The translations under genes and the position numbers were made by a program. Below the pieces are notes generated by a model. The model was given only the letters and a program-made list of their open reading frames with translations, ran no database searches and was not told the DNA's origin. From Mobula hypostoma (taxonomy: Eukaryota): a stretch of 64,000 nt of DNA. Below are positions 23,991 to 37,994 of this stretch, in pieces; positions within the stretch are counted from its first letter, which is position 1, and each line of letters starts with the position of its first letter. The stretch covers positions 20,400,001-20,464,000 of the forward strand of contig NC_086109.1 in NCBI RefSeq assembly GCF_963921235.1, written 5' to 3'.

Positions 23991-25857
23991 ACTGAAGATG
24001 CACAATTTTGTTTTTTTTTACTTTTCTATCCTGCTAAAAAACAGGAGTTCTTCACAAGGATGAATTCCATTATTAGCAACACACACACAATGCCAGAGGA
24101 ACTGTGCAATTCATACAACATGTATGGAAGGGAATAAACAGTCAACCTTTTGGACCAAAACCCTTCACTGGGGCATTCCATGATTATATGCTTTCAGTTT
24201 AAATCAGGTCTGGAAAATACTTTGAATTAGAATTAATTTGATTGTTTAAATCCTGATTTATCCAGATCCATCAATGTCATAATCCAAAACTCCTCATGTT
24301 ATAGATACTTAAATAATGTTAACATTTCCCTCTGTGTATGGTCTACAGAAATAACCGGCTTATATAACTCCTTCAGCATTAGCCATGGTGCTCCACAGGA
24401 TCAGAATTAAGTCTGATGCACGGCCCATTTGAAGGTGCTAGGATGATAAGTGACCCTAAACTTGGCAAAAAGATGGTTCTGAGGACCAACAGTCGAGATG
24501 AGAGAGGTTTAGGAAGGGAATTCCAGACCTTAGTGTTGTCAAAGACGCAGATGATAATGGTGGGACCAACTGGATGTGGTAGGTCCAAATGGACAAATTT
24601 TGAGACCTTGAAAGATGGGGATGTATAAACTTGGAAGGCAACGGCACTGAAGGATATGAAACACAGGAGATTCTGCAGGTGCTAGAAATCCAGAGTAAAC
24701 CATACAAAATGCTGGAGGAGCTCAGCACTCAAACTCAGGATTTGAAAATAAGAATGAGAATTTTGTATCAAATTGTTGATGGATTCTCGGCCAGTGTAAC
24801 TTTTTCTCACTCTCTCTTACCCTGCCTGTCCACTGCTTGTACCAGCATGGAAAACGGGCCTCTTGGTTCCTCATCCATGCAGACCAAGGTGCCTTGCTGA
24901 GCTAGTTCCACTTGCCTGTGTTTGGTTCACATCCCTCCTAACATTTTCTGTCTCGATGTCTTTTATTCACTGCAATTGTACCCGCAACATCCGCCATGGA
25001 TGGTCCCAAGCCCAGCTGCAAATGGAGGAAGGTTGAGCATGGGACTAGCACCATCATCCCTTAAAAGAAAAAAAAACCAGAGGTACAGAACTGCCAACAG
25101 AAGCTCCAAATACCTCATCCACGTGAGTGGAAGGATCTTGGCTTCAAAGATGAGAAGATGGGCTACACCAGGGGACTACTTGAAAGACTATCCCAGGACA
25201 GAGGACTCTGGGTGAGCTACAGTCAGCGGCCCTATGCCCCAGTAGGTGTGATAGGTTTAAGAAGAAGAAGAATTGTATCCTCCTCTTCAGAATCCTCTGA
25301 CAGCCAGTTCCACTGTCCTCTGTGTGAAAAGTTCCCTTTTAAATCTTTCCCTCTCACCTTCAATACATATGCTTTGGTTTTAGATTCCCTTTCCCTGAGA
25401 GAATGACTGAGATAATCCACCTTATCTATACCCCTCATGATTTTATATACCTCTCACCCCTCAGCATCCTCAGCTCTGTAGAAAAATCTCTCTGTCTTTC
25501 AGCCCCTCCTAAAAGTTCAAGCCCTCCAGTCCTGATAACATCCTTATGAATTTTTTTCTGCACTCATTCCAAATAAATGACATCCTTCCTAGCGCAGGGT
25601 GACCAGAACTAAACACGGTTGTGCAGTTACCAATGAATTTTACAGTTGCAACATGACGTCCCAGCTCATGTACTCAGGGTTCTGACTGATTAAGGCCAGG
25701 GTACTTCATCGCCCTGCCTCCACTTTCAGTAAGGTATGAAAATTGGTAAATTAGCAAATCTGTTAATTATTGCCACATGCAACAAAGTTCAGTGAAAACC
25801 CTGACTGGCATGCCATCAATACAGATCAATTCATTACATCAGTGCATTGACGTAGTC

Positions 25858-26220
25858 CTCATCAACATCATGTGCTGTGTCAAATGAAATGGGCGATCAT
25901 GGTCTTAAGACCATGATTGCTCCTGACTATTTTTTCTACAGAGCTAGTTTGCCATTGCCTTCTTCTGGCCAGTGTCTTTACAAGACAGGTGACCCGGCCA
26001 TTATCAATACTCTTCAGAGATTGTCTGCCTGGCGTCAGTAGTTTGCTGGGACCAGCTGCTCCTACGACCATCCACCACCCGCTCCCTTGGCTTCACGTGA
26101 CCCTGATCGGGGGGCTAAGCAGGTACTACACCTTGCCCAAGGGTAACCTGCAGGCTGGTGGAGGGAAGGAGCACCTTACCCCTCCTTTGGTAGCGACATG
26201 TCTCCGTCCTGCCACCCATA
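25858..26220 (-). mobile_element. RTE-related SINE-like element
   Basis: Minus-strand 3' part gaaggcaatggcaaac...tgtagaaaaa resembles BovB/RTE-associated ends. (ATG)-type tail. Confidence 0.55.
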
Positions 26221-26479
26221 TCGAAGTAGTACAAGATAAACAACAAGAAGAGTGCAGAATAGAGAGCTACAGTGTAGGGAAAGTGCAGTGCAGGTAGACA
26301 GTATGGAGCAAGATCATAACCAGGTAGATTATAAGAGCAAGTGTCCATCTTATTGTACTAGGGAAACATTCAATCATCTTAGAACAGTGTGGTAGAAGCT
26401 GTTCTTGAGCTTGGTGGTACATGCTTTCAGGCATTTGTATCTTTGCCTAGTGGGAGGAGGAGGAAGAAGAATATCCAGA

Positions 26480-26842
26480 ATCCACCCACCCCCCCCCCCC
26501 GGTTATTCCCCACTCTGACCTTCTACTTCTTCTCACCTGCCTACTACTTCCCGCTGGGTCCTCACCTCCTTCCCATTCTCCTATGGTCCACTCTCCTCTC
26601 CTATCAGATACTTCCTTCTCCAGCTCTTCACCTCTCCTACCCCCTGGTTTCCACTATCACCTTCCAGCTAGCCTCTTTCCCCTCTTCCCCCTCACCTTTT
26701 TAATCTGGTGTCTTCCCCCTTCCTTCTCAGTCCTGAAGAAGGGCCTCGGCCAAAAACGCCGACTGTTCATTGTTTTCCACAGATGCTGCCTGACCTGCTG
26801 AGCCCCTCCGGCGTTTTGTGTGTGTGTGTGTGTGTGTGTGTG
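26480..26842 (+). mobile_element. Penelope-like pLTR fragment with mutated hammerhead core and (TG)n end
   Basis: Pyrimidine-rich pLTR, then agtcctgaagaagggcctcggccaaaaacgccgactg and gatgctgcctgacctgctgag. Confidence 0.75.
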
Positions 26843-29800
26843 TCTTTGATTACGCTGACTGCTAATGAAAGCAGTGTAAATGTAGACAGAGTTTATGGAG
26901 GGGAGGCTGCTTTCTGTGATGTGCTGAGCTGTGTCCACATCTCTACAGTTCTGTGCAGTCACATGCAGAGCAGTTCCTATCCCAAGCTGTAACGCATCCA
27001 GATAGGATGCATCCTCTAGAACATGGATAAAATGCAGCTTTATCCCAAGGTCCTTCTGTCCTCTGTTCTTCAATACTGTCCAGGGCTCCACCATTCACAT
27101 TGTCAGTCAAGCCACCTCCTTTGCTCTCTGACTGCTTTACAATTCTCACCCTTTCTGTCACCGTCCCCCCCCACCCCCCACCATGAGCCTTCTCTCCCAA
27201 GTTCTCTCCAGTATTACATTAACAATAGTCCTTGGCCATCACGGACTGGGTTTAGTCCAGATCAGATTTGTGGCCTGTTTCTATTTCCTTCCCTCTGAGC
27301 CAGGGAAGGCTGTGAATGGGATTATATTACCAGCAGTGGGAGGCGTTTGGACTTCAGGCTATTTGCAACAGTCCAATTGCCCTGTACAGTCCGACAGCTG
27401 ATCGCAGTCCTGTACGGAAGGGAGAAGCTGATTCCAATCCAACAATGAGGTTAGTAAGTCAATGCCCTTTATGAGGTGCAGGTTGAATGGTAGCAGCTGG
27501 GACCTGAGTGAGTTCCCGGCCAAGTCAAAAATAAAGCAACTCTCCCCTTCGACTCATGTTGCAACATCCCATATTTTTTATGACAGAGAAGGAAGCCATT
27601 CGGCCCATTGATTCCAGAGCTCACAGAGCAATTCTTTTCCCCACTAAATTTCCCTGTAGCCCTGTCTCCTATCATTTCTTTCAGCTCCCCCAGCCAGATT
27701 CCACCACTTATCCGCATATGAGAGGCAACTGGAGTGGTCAGTTGCCCTGCCCGCTAGCATATCTTTCAAGTTCAAGTTTACTGTCATCTGACTGTGTATA
27801 TATGCACACACAATCAAATGAAACAATGTTCCTCTAGATGTTTCCTGTGGTGGAGTAATCTAGAACCAAAGGGCACAGCCTCAGAATAGAAGGACATCCA
27901 TTTAGAACGGAGATGAAGAGGAATTTCTTTAGCCAGAGAATGATGAATCTGTGAAATTTGTTGCCGTGGGTAGCTGTGGAGTCCAAGGTATATTTAATGC
28001 AGTGGTTGATAGATTCCTGATTAGTCAGGGCATGAAGGGTTATGGGAAGAAGGCAGGAGACTGGAGCTGAGAGGGAAATGGATCAGCCATGATGAAATGG
28101 TGGAGCAGACTCGATGGGCCAAATGGCCTGATTTTGAATCGGAATCAGAATCAGAATCAGGTTTAATATCACCGGCATATGCTGTGAAATCCGTTAACTT
28201 TACGGCAGCGGTACAATGAAATACATGATAAATAAATATAGAGACAAGACTGAATTACAGCAAGTATGTGTATATTTACATGTCTATTGCATAATTAACT
28301 TAAAATAAGCAAAAAAAAACCCCTAAAGAAACAACTCCTATATCTTATGGTCTTATGGACCACAGTGCACTACAAAACATACACATAAACAGCACATAAA
28401 ACTAAATATTACCACAAATAAGTTATTAAAATATAATTCAAAGAGCATGTAGTGCACAACACAGATAAACAATGAACAGTAAACAGCGACGAGGCCTTGT
28501 TGGTGGCAGGGTATTCATTAGTCTCACAGCCTGAGGAAAGAAGCTGTTACCCAGTCTGGCTCTCCTAGTCCTGATATTCCTGTACCTCCAGAGTACTTGG
28601 TCGCAGAGGCAATCATAAGGTGGATGGTCATAATTCTTTTCCCAGGGCAGAGGAGTCTAAAACAAGAGTTGAATTGAATTGAATTGACTTTTTTACTTAC
28701 ACCCCTCATATACATGAGGTGTGAAAATCTTTACGTTATGCCTCCGTCTAAATGAGTAATGTGCAATTTATTGTAATTTATTATAATGTGCAATTTATAA
28801 TAATTTATAATAAATAGTGTGTTCAACAGGACAGTCAATACAACATATAACAGCATGAATAAATCAGTCTGATGGCCTGGTGGAAGAAGCTGTCCTGTTG
28901 GTCCTGGCTTTTATGCCACGGTGCCATTTCCCAGATGGTAGCAGCTGGAATAGATTGTGGTTGGGGTGACTCAGGTCCCCGATGATTGTTCAGGCCCTTT
29001 TTACACACCTGTCTTTGTAAATGTCCTGAATTATGGGAAGTTCACATCTACAGATGCGCTGGGCTGTCCGTACCACTCTCTGCAGAGTCCTGCGATTGAG
29101 GGAAGTACAGTTCCCATGCCCGGCAGTGATGCAGTCAGTTAGGATGCTCTCAGTCATGCCCCTATAGAAAGTTCATAGAACTTGGGGGGGCCATACCAAA
29201 CTTCTTCAACCGTCTGAGGTGAAAGAGGCGCTGTTGTGCCTTTTTCACCACAGAGCCAATAGGTACAGACCATGGTATGTAGTGGGCATAGGTTTAAAGC
29301 AAGAGAGGAAAGATTTAAAAGGGACCTGACGAGCAACACTTCCACATGGGGTAAATGGAATGAGTTGTCAGAGGAAGCTGTAGAGTAGGTTCAATTTTGA
29401 TGCTTAAAATAACCTTTCAACGGGTACATGAAATGAAAAGATCTAGAGTGACATGGACCAAACGCAGACAAGTAGATTAGTTCAAACATCTTGGTCAATA
29501 TGGAGAGGATGGGCTGAAGGGCCTGTTTGCCATGTTGTATGGCTCTCTAAAGTCTACCATTTTATGCCTTTGTGTGTGCTTACTATTTCCAAATGACATT
29601 GAAATCCTCTTTACCTCATCTCAGGCCCTTCATCTCACCCTCCCTCCACTGTTCTCTTGTCTTTCTCACCCACTATATCTCACTATTTCTTCACATCACT
29701 CTATCTATCATCCACCTTCATATCCATTTTCTTTCCCACCCTCACTATCATGCCTCCCATGCTCCACGAGGGTCCCTTTCTGTTTCTAGAAATATACCTC

Positions 29801-30605
29801 TCACTCTCCAATGTGGTCCCCTTATTTCTGTCCGTTGATGTGCGTGTGACTGTGTGGGGTGAAGCTAAACAAGGAAAGTTGGAGCAGGTTGCTGACAGTA
29901 AATATACTCACTGATTGATATTGGCACTGAAAGTGAGTGAAAGAGAGTGTCTCTAACATTGGGAGACAGTGGTATCATGGAAATAGAGAGAGATAGCACA
30001 GCACGGTAGAATGCTGTGACACTGAGAGAGATTAACACTGAATCTACGAGTGACGCTGACACCAGGAGAGTGATGAATAACCACTGGAGAATGATGTAAC
30101 ACCAAGAGTGAGGGAGAGCACTGACTCTGGGAAAGAGACACTGAGACTGGGAGAGAGTGATGCGGAGTCTATGAGAATGGTATCACACTGGAAAAGTGCT
30201 GTGCTGACATAGGATAAATATTTATTTTCAGGCAGGAATGGAAAGAATAAAGCAGAAGCAGTTAACAGGGTAGTTGAAAAATTTTTTTAAAAGATCATTA
30301 GTAATTACCAGATTGATGAACAGATTTATAGATAGCCAGATAGTTAGTAGACAGATACAGTATGGAAATTGATCATTGTATTGAAAGATGAAAGGATAAA
30401 TCAATAGATCAATATTTAGTTGGAGAATTACAATGACAGATGGGAAAATAGAATGACAGCTAGATAATTAAATAGTTAATTATAATCATGTATAATAGAT
30501 CAAAATACATTGAAATTTTTTTAATTCCCGGGTTTTAAAGGCTTTGAATTATAAGGTAATACATTACTCTGTTAGTACTTGCCTTCACCACCAGGAAGTG
30601 GATAG

Positions 30606-31195
30606 CATAGAAAACATAGAAAACATAGAAAATAGGTACAGGAGTAGGCCATTCGGCCCTTCAAGGCTGCACCGCCATTCAGTATGATCATGGCTGATCA
30701 TCCAACTCAGAACCATGTACCAGCCTTCCCTCCATACCCCCTGATCCCTTTAGCCACAAGGGCCATATCTAACTCCCTCTTAAATATAGCCAATGAACTG
30801 GCCTCAACTGTTTCCTGTGGCAGAGAATTCCACAGATTCACCACTCTCTGTGTGAAGAAGTTTTTCCTAATCTCGGTCCTAAAAGGCTTCCCCTTTATCC
30901 TTAAACCGTGACCCCTCATTCTGGACTTCCCCAACATCGGGAACAATCTTCCTGCATCTAGCCTGTCCAATCCCTTTAGGATTTTATATGTTTCAATAAG
31001 ATCCCCCCTCAATCTTCTAAATTCCAACGAGTATAAGCCTAGTTCATCCAGTCTTTCATCATATGAAAGTCCTGCCATCCCAGGAATCAATCTGGTGAAC
31101 CTTCTTTGTACTCCCTCTATGGCAAGGATGTCTTTCCTCAGATTAGGGGACCAAAACTGCACACAATACTCCAGGTGTGGTCTCACCAAAGCCTT
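30606..31195 (-). mobile_element. Young CR1 3' fragment
   Basis: Uninterrupted 160-aa ORF VRPHLEYCVQFWSPNLRKD...IRGYGGKAGTWF. (CATAGAAAA)n tail. Confidence 0.95.
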
Positions 31196-32274
31196 AGATA
31201 AAGATTTAGATAAAGACTGGACTTCATCCTTAGGGAAGAGCCAATGTAACTACTCTATTAAGATTTTTAAACTGTGAAGAAATTTGAACATATAGATTGG
31301 GGAAAGCTTAATAAAGGAGAGAATCAATTTTTGGATGTGAAAAGCTATCTTCAAAATTGACCGAACCGATAATGGCTTGGAGTTTGCGGTCAATGAGGAA
31401 ATGAAGATGCTCATTTTTTTTGGACTTCAAATGAAGCTGTCACAGAAGATTTAGCTAATCCACAGCACGGATTTCTTTTACATCAGTTAGTGTCAAGTTG
31501 TCAGCATTCCAGCAAGAATACTGTCATCAAACTGGTTGAACAACCAATCACATTGAACAATATTCAGCCTTCAAGACAGAGAGCTAAAATTACAATTTTT
31601 AATTAACATTTCAAAGATTTCACAGAATCAAGATGGGAACATATAAGATGACGGTAAAAACTGGAAAAAGCACAAAGAACGATTTTAAGAAAATGTATTG
31701 ATAATATCTTAAAGATATGTAATAAAGGATTTTGAAGCAAAATTATTCTTTGCATATGTATAAAAAATCTTTGATTTGATTTTGCAGGCAGCAAACTTCA
31801 GTGTTGCTTTGGTGTACAACCAAAATTCCATCGGAAAGCACCAAATTGCCATTATTTTGTGTTAAACTCGAGTTTACAGCATTCCAGCAGGAGTAGATCC
31901 AAAGGAAATCCTAACTGTAGAGCACTTAACTTACTATATCTAGATAGTATGCAATAACTAGTCATCTATGAATAGAACAGGAAGGAGAAACATTTATGTG
32001 GAACCCTTTACTGCCAGTGAAGTATTTCTGAAGATTGTAAAGTAGGATGTACAGCAGCCAATTCAGACTCTGCAAACCCCTACAAAAAGCCAAGTGCAAG
32101 TGGTCAAATTATCTCTTTGAGGTATTGGTTGAGTGCTAAATCAGTCTCAGCATCAGGGAGCAGTCCCCAGGATTTTCTTCAAATAGCACCTTTGATTTTT
32201 TTCATTCTTACCTTCTTAGACAGTCCCATCCAATTAAGGATGATTTACTTCCCTCCAATTTTGTGCGTTCCAAG

Positions 32275-32502
32275 TGCGGTAAACCATATATATGTTGCAA
32301 CTGGGTTAACTGTCTAGAGATGCCCCTCTGCTGACTGCCCCTGTGACTCCTCCCACAGACCCCTAAATAAGGGTGATTTCGCCTTGCCCCTCCCCCTCAG
32401 TCTGGGGGCAGACACTCAGCATGGAAGTCGTATTTTACTGTGAATAAAAGCCTTTCAGTATTTACCCTACTTCAGTCTTTTGGAACTATTGAAGGCGCTT
32501 CA
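32275..32502 (+). mobile_element. Short solo LTR (228 bp) inserted in an RTE fragment
   Basis: TG...CA termini. 5-bp TSD CCAAG (32270-32274, 32503-32507). TATA-like taaataag and AATAAA present. Confidence 0.8.
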
Positions 32503-32507
32503 CCAAG

Positions 32508-33330
32508 TGACTTGGAACTGCCAACATGTCCACAGAAAGACAGGTGGTGGCAGATGTGGTGTGCTCCTTCCACCATTTATGCAGCCTCCATGGGTTCGTG
32601 ATGAATGCATCCAGGTTTCTCAATCGCAGCCCAGGTGCTGAGTCTCCAGTTTGCGTTGCAATGGCCCGGACAGTCTCGGGAGTCATTGGGGGGACGTGGC
32701 ACTTCTTCAAGGGTACTTTCCTCATCTTTTTGAATCCCCATCCCTGCTCACGGGGCAAATTCCTCTCATAAGAAAGCTCAGAATTGAATGCCCGCTGTTG
32801 AGTTAGCAAGCAGAATCAGCAGAATCAGATTTATTATTACTGACATATGCCATGAAATTTGCTGTTTTGTGGCACCAAATAAATCATAAATCATATTGCA
32901 AAAAATTGCTATTCATGACAATAAATCAATAAATGGATAGATAGATAGATAACACACTAATAAACAAAATGTGTAGAATATTATATCTTGCCCAGCTAAG
33001 CTGACTAACTACAGCCTCAGTGTTGGGGACGTAGGCCTGGGAGAGGATGCTGACATTGATCGCTTCCTCTTCCAGTGAACTTGGAGAGCTTTGCAGAGGC
33101 CGCATCGGTGGCATTATTCCAGTACCTTGGTTCACCAAGTTTCAGAGAATATAAGAGTGCAGGCCCCTGCTATCCAAAGACCTTGAGGTTAATGCTTGGT
33201 TTGAAGGCTTGAACATCAGGTACCCTTTTCTTCATTCAGCTGTGGTGACAAATTGAAGGTGGTGATGACTTTCTTTAAAAGGTGATTGAATTCTCCGGAT
33301 TGGGAAAGCAGCTTGATTTTCCAGGGTCTC
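32508..33330 (-). mobile_element. Old RTE-clade LINE fragment (interrupted)
   Basis: NSELSYERNLP...FKKMRKVPLKKCHVP and INVSILSQAYVPNTEAVVSQLSWARY resemble RTE C-terminal motifs (QLRWAGH). Confidence 0.6.
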
Positions 33331-36300
33331 ACCATGAACCCTTATTTTGCAGGATACATAGTGTGGCAGGTACAGGTTGGCCTTGTAGGCATTAAATAGA
33401 AGGTCCATCTCTGATATTATTCAGTAAATAAGTCAACCATGGTTTGACCTCTCAGCATGGGCAAATAAAAGTGCCAACTTTATGCTAGACTGCTGAGATT
33501 TGGGTGACCTTGGTTCTAGAATGAAGCTGCCATAAACTGAACGGTTTCCCATCAAACCTTCAGAATTTGTGTTTTCTCACAAAGTTGTACAAAACTCAGA
33601 TTAACACCACCTCTGGTGGATGGAATACACTAAGTACATTTTCTTCCCCAACAAGGGGAATCATTAAAGTTTTCTCCTGGTGTGGGTTTACTGATTTCAA
33701 AGCCCTGCCTCACTGAGGTGAACCATACTTACATCTGGAAGGACTAGAGTGGTATCATTTATCAGATCATTGGAGATTTATGTGCAACCCATAAATCTTA
33801 TGACCAGTGAAATTTTATTTTATTTAGGTACATTGAATCTATGGTTCCTGGCTCTTCTTGAGTTAGGTATGGAAACACCAATGCCCATGATTGGAAAAGC
33901 CTATAACAAGTAGTGGATGCAGCCCAGTCCTCCCCAGCACTGAGCAGATCTACAAGGAAAGCTGCCACAAGAAAGCGGCATCCATCATCAAGGATCTTCA
34001 CCATCCAGGCCGTGCTCCCTTCTCACTGCTGCCATTGGGAAGGAAGCACAGGAGCCCGAGGTCCCACAGCACCAGCTTCAGGAACAGTTCTTAACCCACA
34101 ACCACCAGGCTCCTGAACCACATGGGTGACTTCACTCACCTCAACATTGAGCTGTTTCCACAACCTTTGGACTCACTTTCAAGGACCTTGCAACCCATGT
34201 TCTCAGTATTATTTATATATTTATTTGTTTATTTGTCTGTCTTCCTATTTATTTATTTATCACACTCTCTCTCTATCTATCTATCTATTTATTTACTTAT
34301 AAATCTATTTATTTGCTTCTTTTTGTATTTGCAGTTTAGCTTCTTTTACACATCGGTTGTCAGTCTGTGAGTGCAGTTTTTCGCTGGTTCTACTGTATTT
34401 CTTTGTTCTACTATGAATGCCTGCAAGCAAATGAATCTCTGGGTAGTATATAGTGATATACACATACTTTGATAATAAATTTACTTTGAATTTTGAACAT
34501 GCACAGACATACTGTAAAGCAAAGTTTGTGCGCTTACTAATATCTTTAATTAATCCTTAAAACACATTATCCTTGAGTCACTTTTGTTTCAAAAACTTAA
34601 ATTGTTATAGTGCCTTACATGAGCTGCTTTTACAAAGCAGTTAATATCACTATCACTATCACCAGAAAATCAATCAGTCAACCTAGTCACAGCAAAATCC
34701 CACAGAAAGTGTTGATCAGGTAATCTGATCTTTGGTAGTATTGGCTGAATAAATATTGGCCAGCGTGCTCTTCTTTAAATTATTGCAATGGGATTTTTAA
34801 GGGTCCACCTGAGACGACAGGCAGCAAATCATTTTAATAGCTCACATAAAAGACATCAGTCCAACAGCTCATCACCCTGTCTACATACAGGGAGTGTTAG
34901 CCTAGAAGTTGCGTGCTGTTCTCAGAGGTGCGAATGTAACCCACTGAGCCACAGCTGCCAGCATGAGAAATCTGTTAGCTGTATCCAAGGCTGGTGGGTT
35001 ACATTAGTCGTAAACAGAGATTATTGATCTTCAGGGCAAGTTGCTAATTATACAGAAATATTCCTAGTATTCCACCCCCTGGTGTCTGGAAGAATACACT
35101 GCGGTTAGATTGAACAATCCTAAAACAGGTTTTGTTACGGTTCTATTCCCAGCAGACTTGACCAGCCAGGGAATAACTGCGCCCCTTTATTTGTATTCTA
35201 AGCTCGGGATCTCATAAGACTAACCCAGCAGCAGCTGTCTGCTTTGGCTGTGCCCGCTCCTGCACATAATCTATCAGTTATTTGGTGAAAGCTTGACATT
35301 GTTTTCAGTGCTTAGATTGTCCGTATACGTCAATCAGCTAAGTATGTCCGTAGCGTTAAATAGCTCAGCAATTCTAATGCATCATTCATTCCCCTCTTTG
35401 GCTTTCCTTCTCAGATGGTCAGAACGTGGCGTCAATTTCATAAAATGTTACAAGTAAGGATGTTAGAATCGGAATCAGGTTTAATATTACAGGCATATGT
35501 CATGAAATTTGTTAAGTCTTTGCAGCAGCAGTTCGATGCAATACATGATAATAGAAAAATCTGTGAATTACAGTAAGTGTGTGTGTATATAATAGTTGAA
35601 TTAAATAAGTAATGCAAAACTAGAAATGAAAACTTAGTGAGGTATTGTCCATGCCTTAGGCTTTTTTAAGATTAGCTTAATTTGTCACAAGTACATCAAA
35701 ACACACAGTGAAATGTGTTGTTTGGGTCAAATCAAATCAGTGAGGGTTGTACTGGGCGACCAGCAAGTGGTGCCAGCAAAGCACGCCCACAGCTCATTAA
35801 CACTAACTGTACGTCTCTGGAATGTGGGAGGAAACCAGGGCAGCTGGAGGAGGCCCGTGCCAACATGGGGAGAATGTACAGGCAGCAGCAGGAGTCGAAC
35901 CTGAGCTTCGAGCTGGCGCTGTGAGGCATTTAGCTAAGTTCTGCGCCGCCATGCCACCCACTGAGTTCTTTCTGGAAAAAACAATGACATCCTTTGCCTG
36001 CGAGAGCTTGACTCATACACCATCCCGGGTATCCTGTGTCTCCAGAAGTGCATCTCCTTCACCCACAGCTGAGCTACAGCCATTTTGGCTCCGGAATCTC
36101 CACTTTAAGACTACTTCCCCACCCGATCAGCTCTTCTTCTTTAAGTTCTCTCCATTAAACACACCCTTATACAAGCTTTTAGTCACCCTATCCTGTTATC
36201 TCCTTACCTGGCTTGGTTCCTTATAATACTGCCTTGGGCTGTTGTGATTTACTGGCAAGATCTTATCCATGCTACAATGATAAAACAGCTACTTTAGCTG

Positions 36301-37399
36301 GGAATCCGTTGAATCACTAAAGAACTCCTGCTTTATATCACAACAGTGATTACAAATCAGAGAGTGCATCTTTGCCTGTGAAACACTCCAGGACATCCCA
36401 ATGTCAAGAAGTATCTTAAAATTTGCAAGGTTTCTTTGTCATTATGGTAGTGAAAAAAAGAAAGTATAACACTCAGTTTTATTGTACTTTTATACCATTT
36501 AGCTCTCCTGCCTGAAGCTTACATTAAGGACAATGTCTACTTAATGGATTCAACAAAGCACACAGTAATTTCATAGGCAGTGTATTGGATATAACTGCTC
36601 AGCCATGTTTTTGAGAAAGTGAAGTATTTTATGCTTCCAAGGTCCTTGCAATCTGCAACAATTTCAACATTCAGATTATCAGCATTCAAGTGGTAGAAGA
36701 TAATTATATCTCTCTATTTGTTCCTCTAGATGTCAGTGTCATACAACGGCTGGTATTGTCTTTTAGGAATCAATAGAATCCTCTTCAGGTATCTGAGTAT
36801 GACCTAATGCTGTGTCGGAGGAGGTCTGTATTGCCTTTGGCACAGCGCTAGGCTGCTCACTTAGGTTTGAGATCCCTTGTCCATTGTATACAGTAGGCCA
36901 AGTGGATGCCAACGGCCATTGTTGGAGGTTACGTGCTTACTTTCATGGCACAAAACCAACACATACCCTTTTCAGATTAGGATGGGAAAAACATTGGGGA
37001 ATGCGAAAGGTAAGAAGATGATTAGACCAGCAGTCTACATGATTGTTGAGAGGAGACCAGCCCAGAAGTTTGGATGGTGTGGTTGAGATCAGAAGGAAAT
37101 ATGCTCTTGGCAATTGTAGGGTTAGAAGGAGGCACTTGAGGCCTGAGATGGAGCTGGATGTGGGGGCCAGTAGTGAAGGTGAAAAGAAGTGGAGAGTTGG
37201 GATCCCGAGTGATAGGCCTTAATAATTTATATTGCAGATTGGCTTCCCAGTCCATTCTGTGCTGCAAACACCACATTAATCTACAATGAACACAAGAAAG
37301 TCTGCAGATGCTGGAACTCCAAAGAAACACACACAACATGGTGGAAGAACTCACCAAGTCAGACAACGTCTTTGGAAATAGATCTATCAGTATAACAGT

Positions 37400-37992
37400 G
37401 GAGTAAGGTGGTAGTGGGGACGAGCTCCCACTGCTAAACAAATGCTCTTCATGGCGTACATTTCAAACAGCCTCTGACAACCAAGTCCAATTCCTGGTCT
37501 TCACGTGTGGAATAGTTCTTAAGCCCGGCGGAGCTGATCTCACTGACAGGAGAAGCGGTAAAGGCGAGCCACTGGCGCCTTAAAACCAGTTGCTCCGGGC
37601 AGATGGTGCTCCTTAACCACGGATGGTAGCTCATCTAGGAGAGGGAAAACTCCAACTTCAAACCTCCGCTGCCTTGCGGCTATACCCGCTCACGGGAAAG
37701 GCTTTGGGAGTAAACCCCGAGGAAAAATCTGGAGTCAAAGTCCCGAAAGTGGCTGACTGCTGTACCCAGCACCGGCACAGCAACTCCTGCGACGCTGCTG
37801 ACACCAGACTGTATCGACTTTCATCATTCCTTTGGACCTGTCATCAGCATGGAGAGGGGGATCCCACTGCATGGGCAACAGACGGATCTCCATAGCAACC
37901 CTGCCCTGGCTTGCGCCCTGGAGTGGCCACTCCCCAGACACTACCAGAGGCGCAGTACCCATGGTCGATCATGACTGATGGAGGCTGTACAC
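37400..37992 (+). mobile_element. Unclassified GC-rich non-autonomous retroelement (RTE/Vingi-like)
   Basis: Discrete CpG-richer block with ctcatctaggagagggaaaactc, an RTE-5'UTR-like motif. No long ORF. Confidence 0.45.
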
Positions 37993-37994
37993 AA

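Noticed and set aside
29900..30500. Purine-rich pseudo-repeats as a coding or structured element
   Set aside because: Decayed GA/GATA low-complexity sequence with no consistent unit or frame.
33605..33620. Additional CTCF-like motifs (also ~50695, ~32321)
   Set aside because: They need indels or mismatches in the core; expected by chance.
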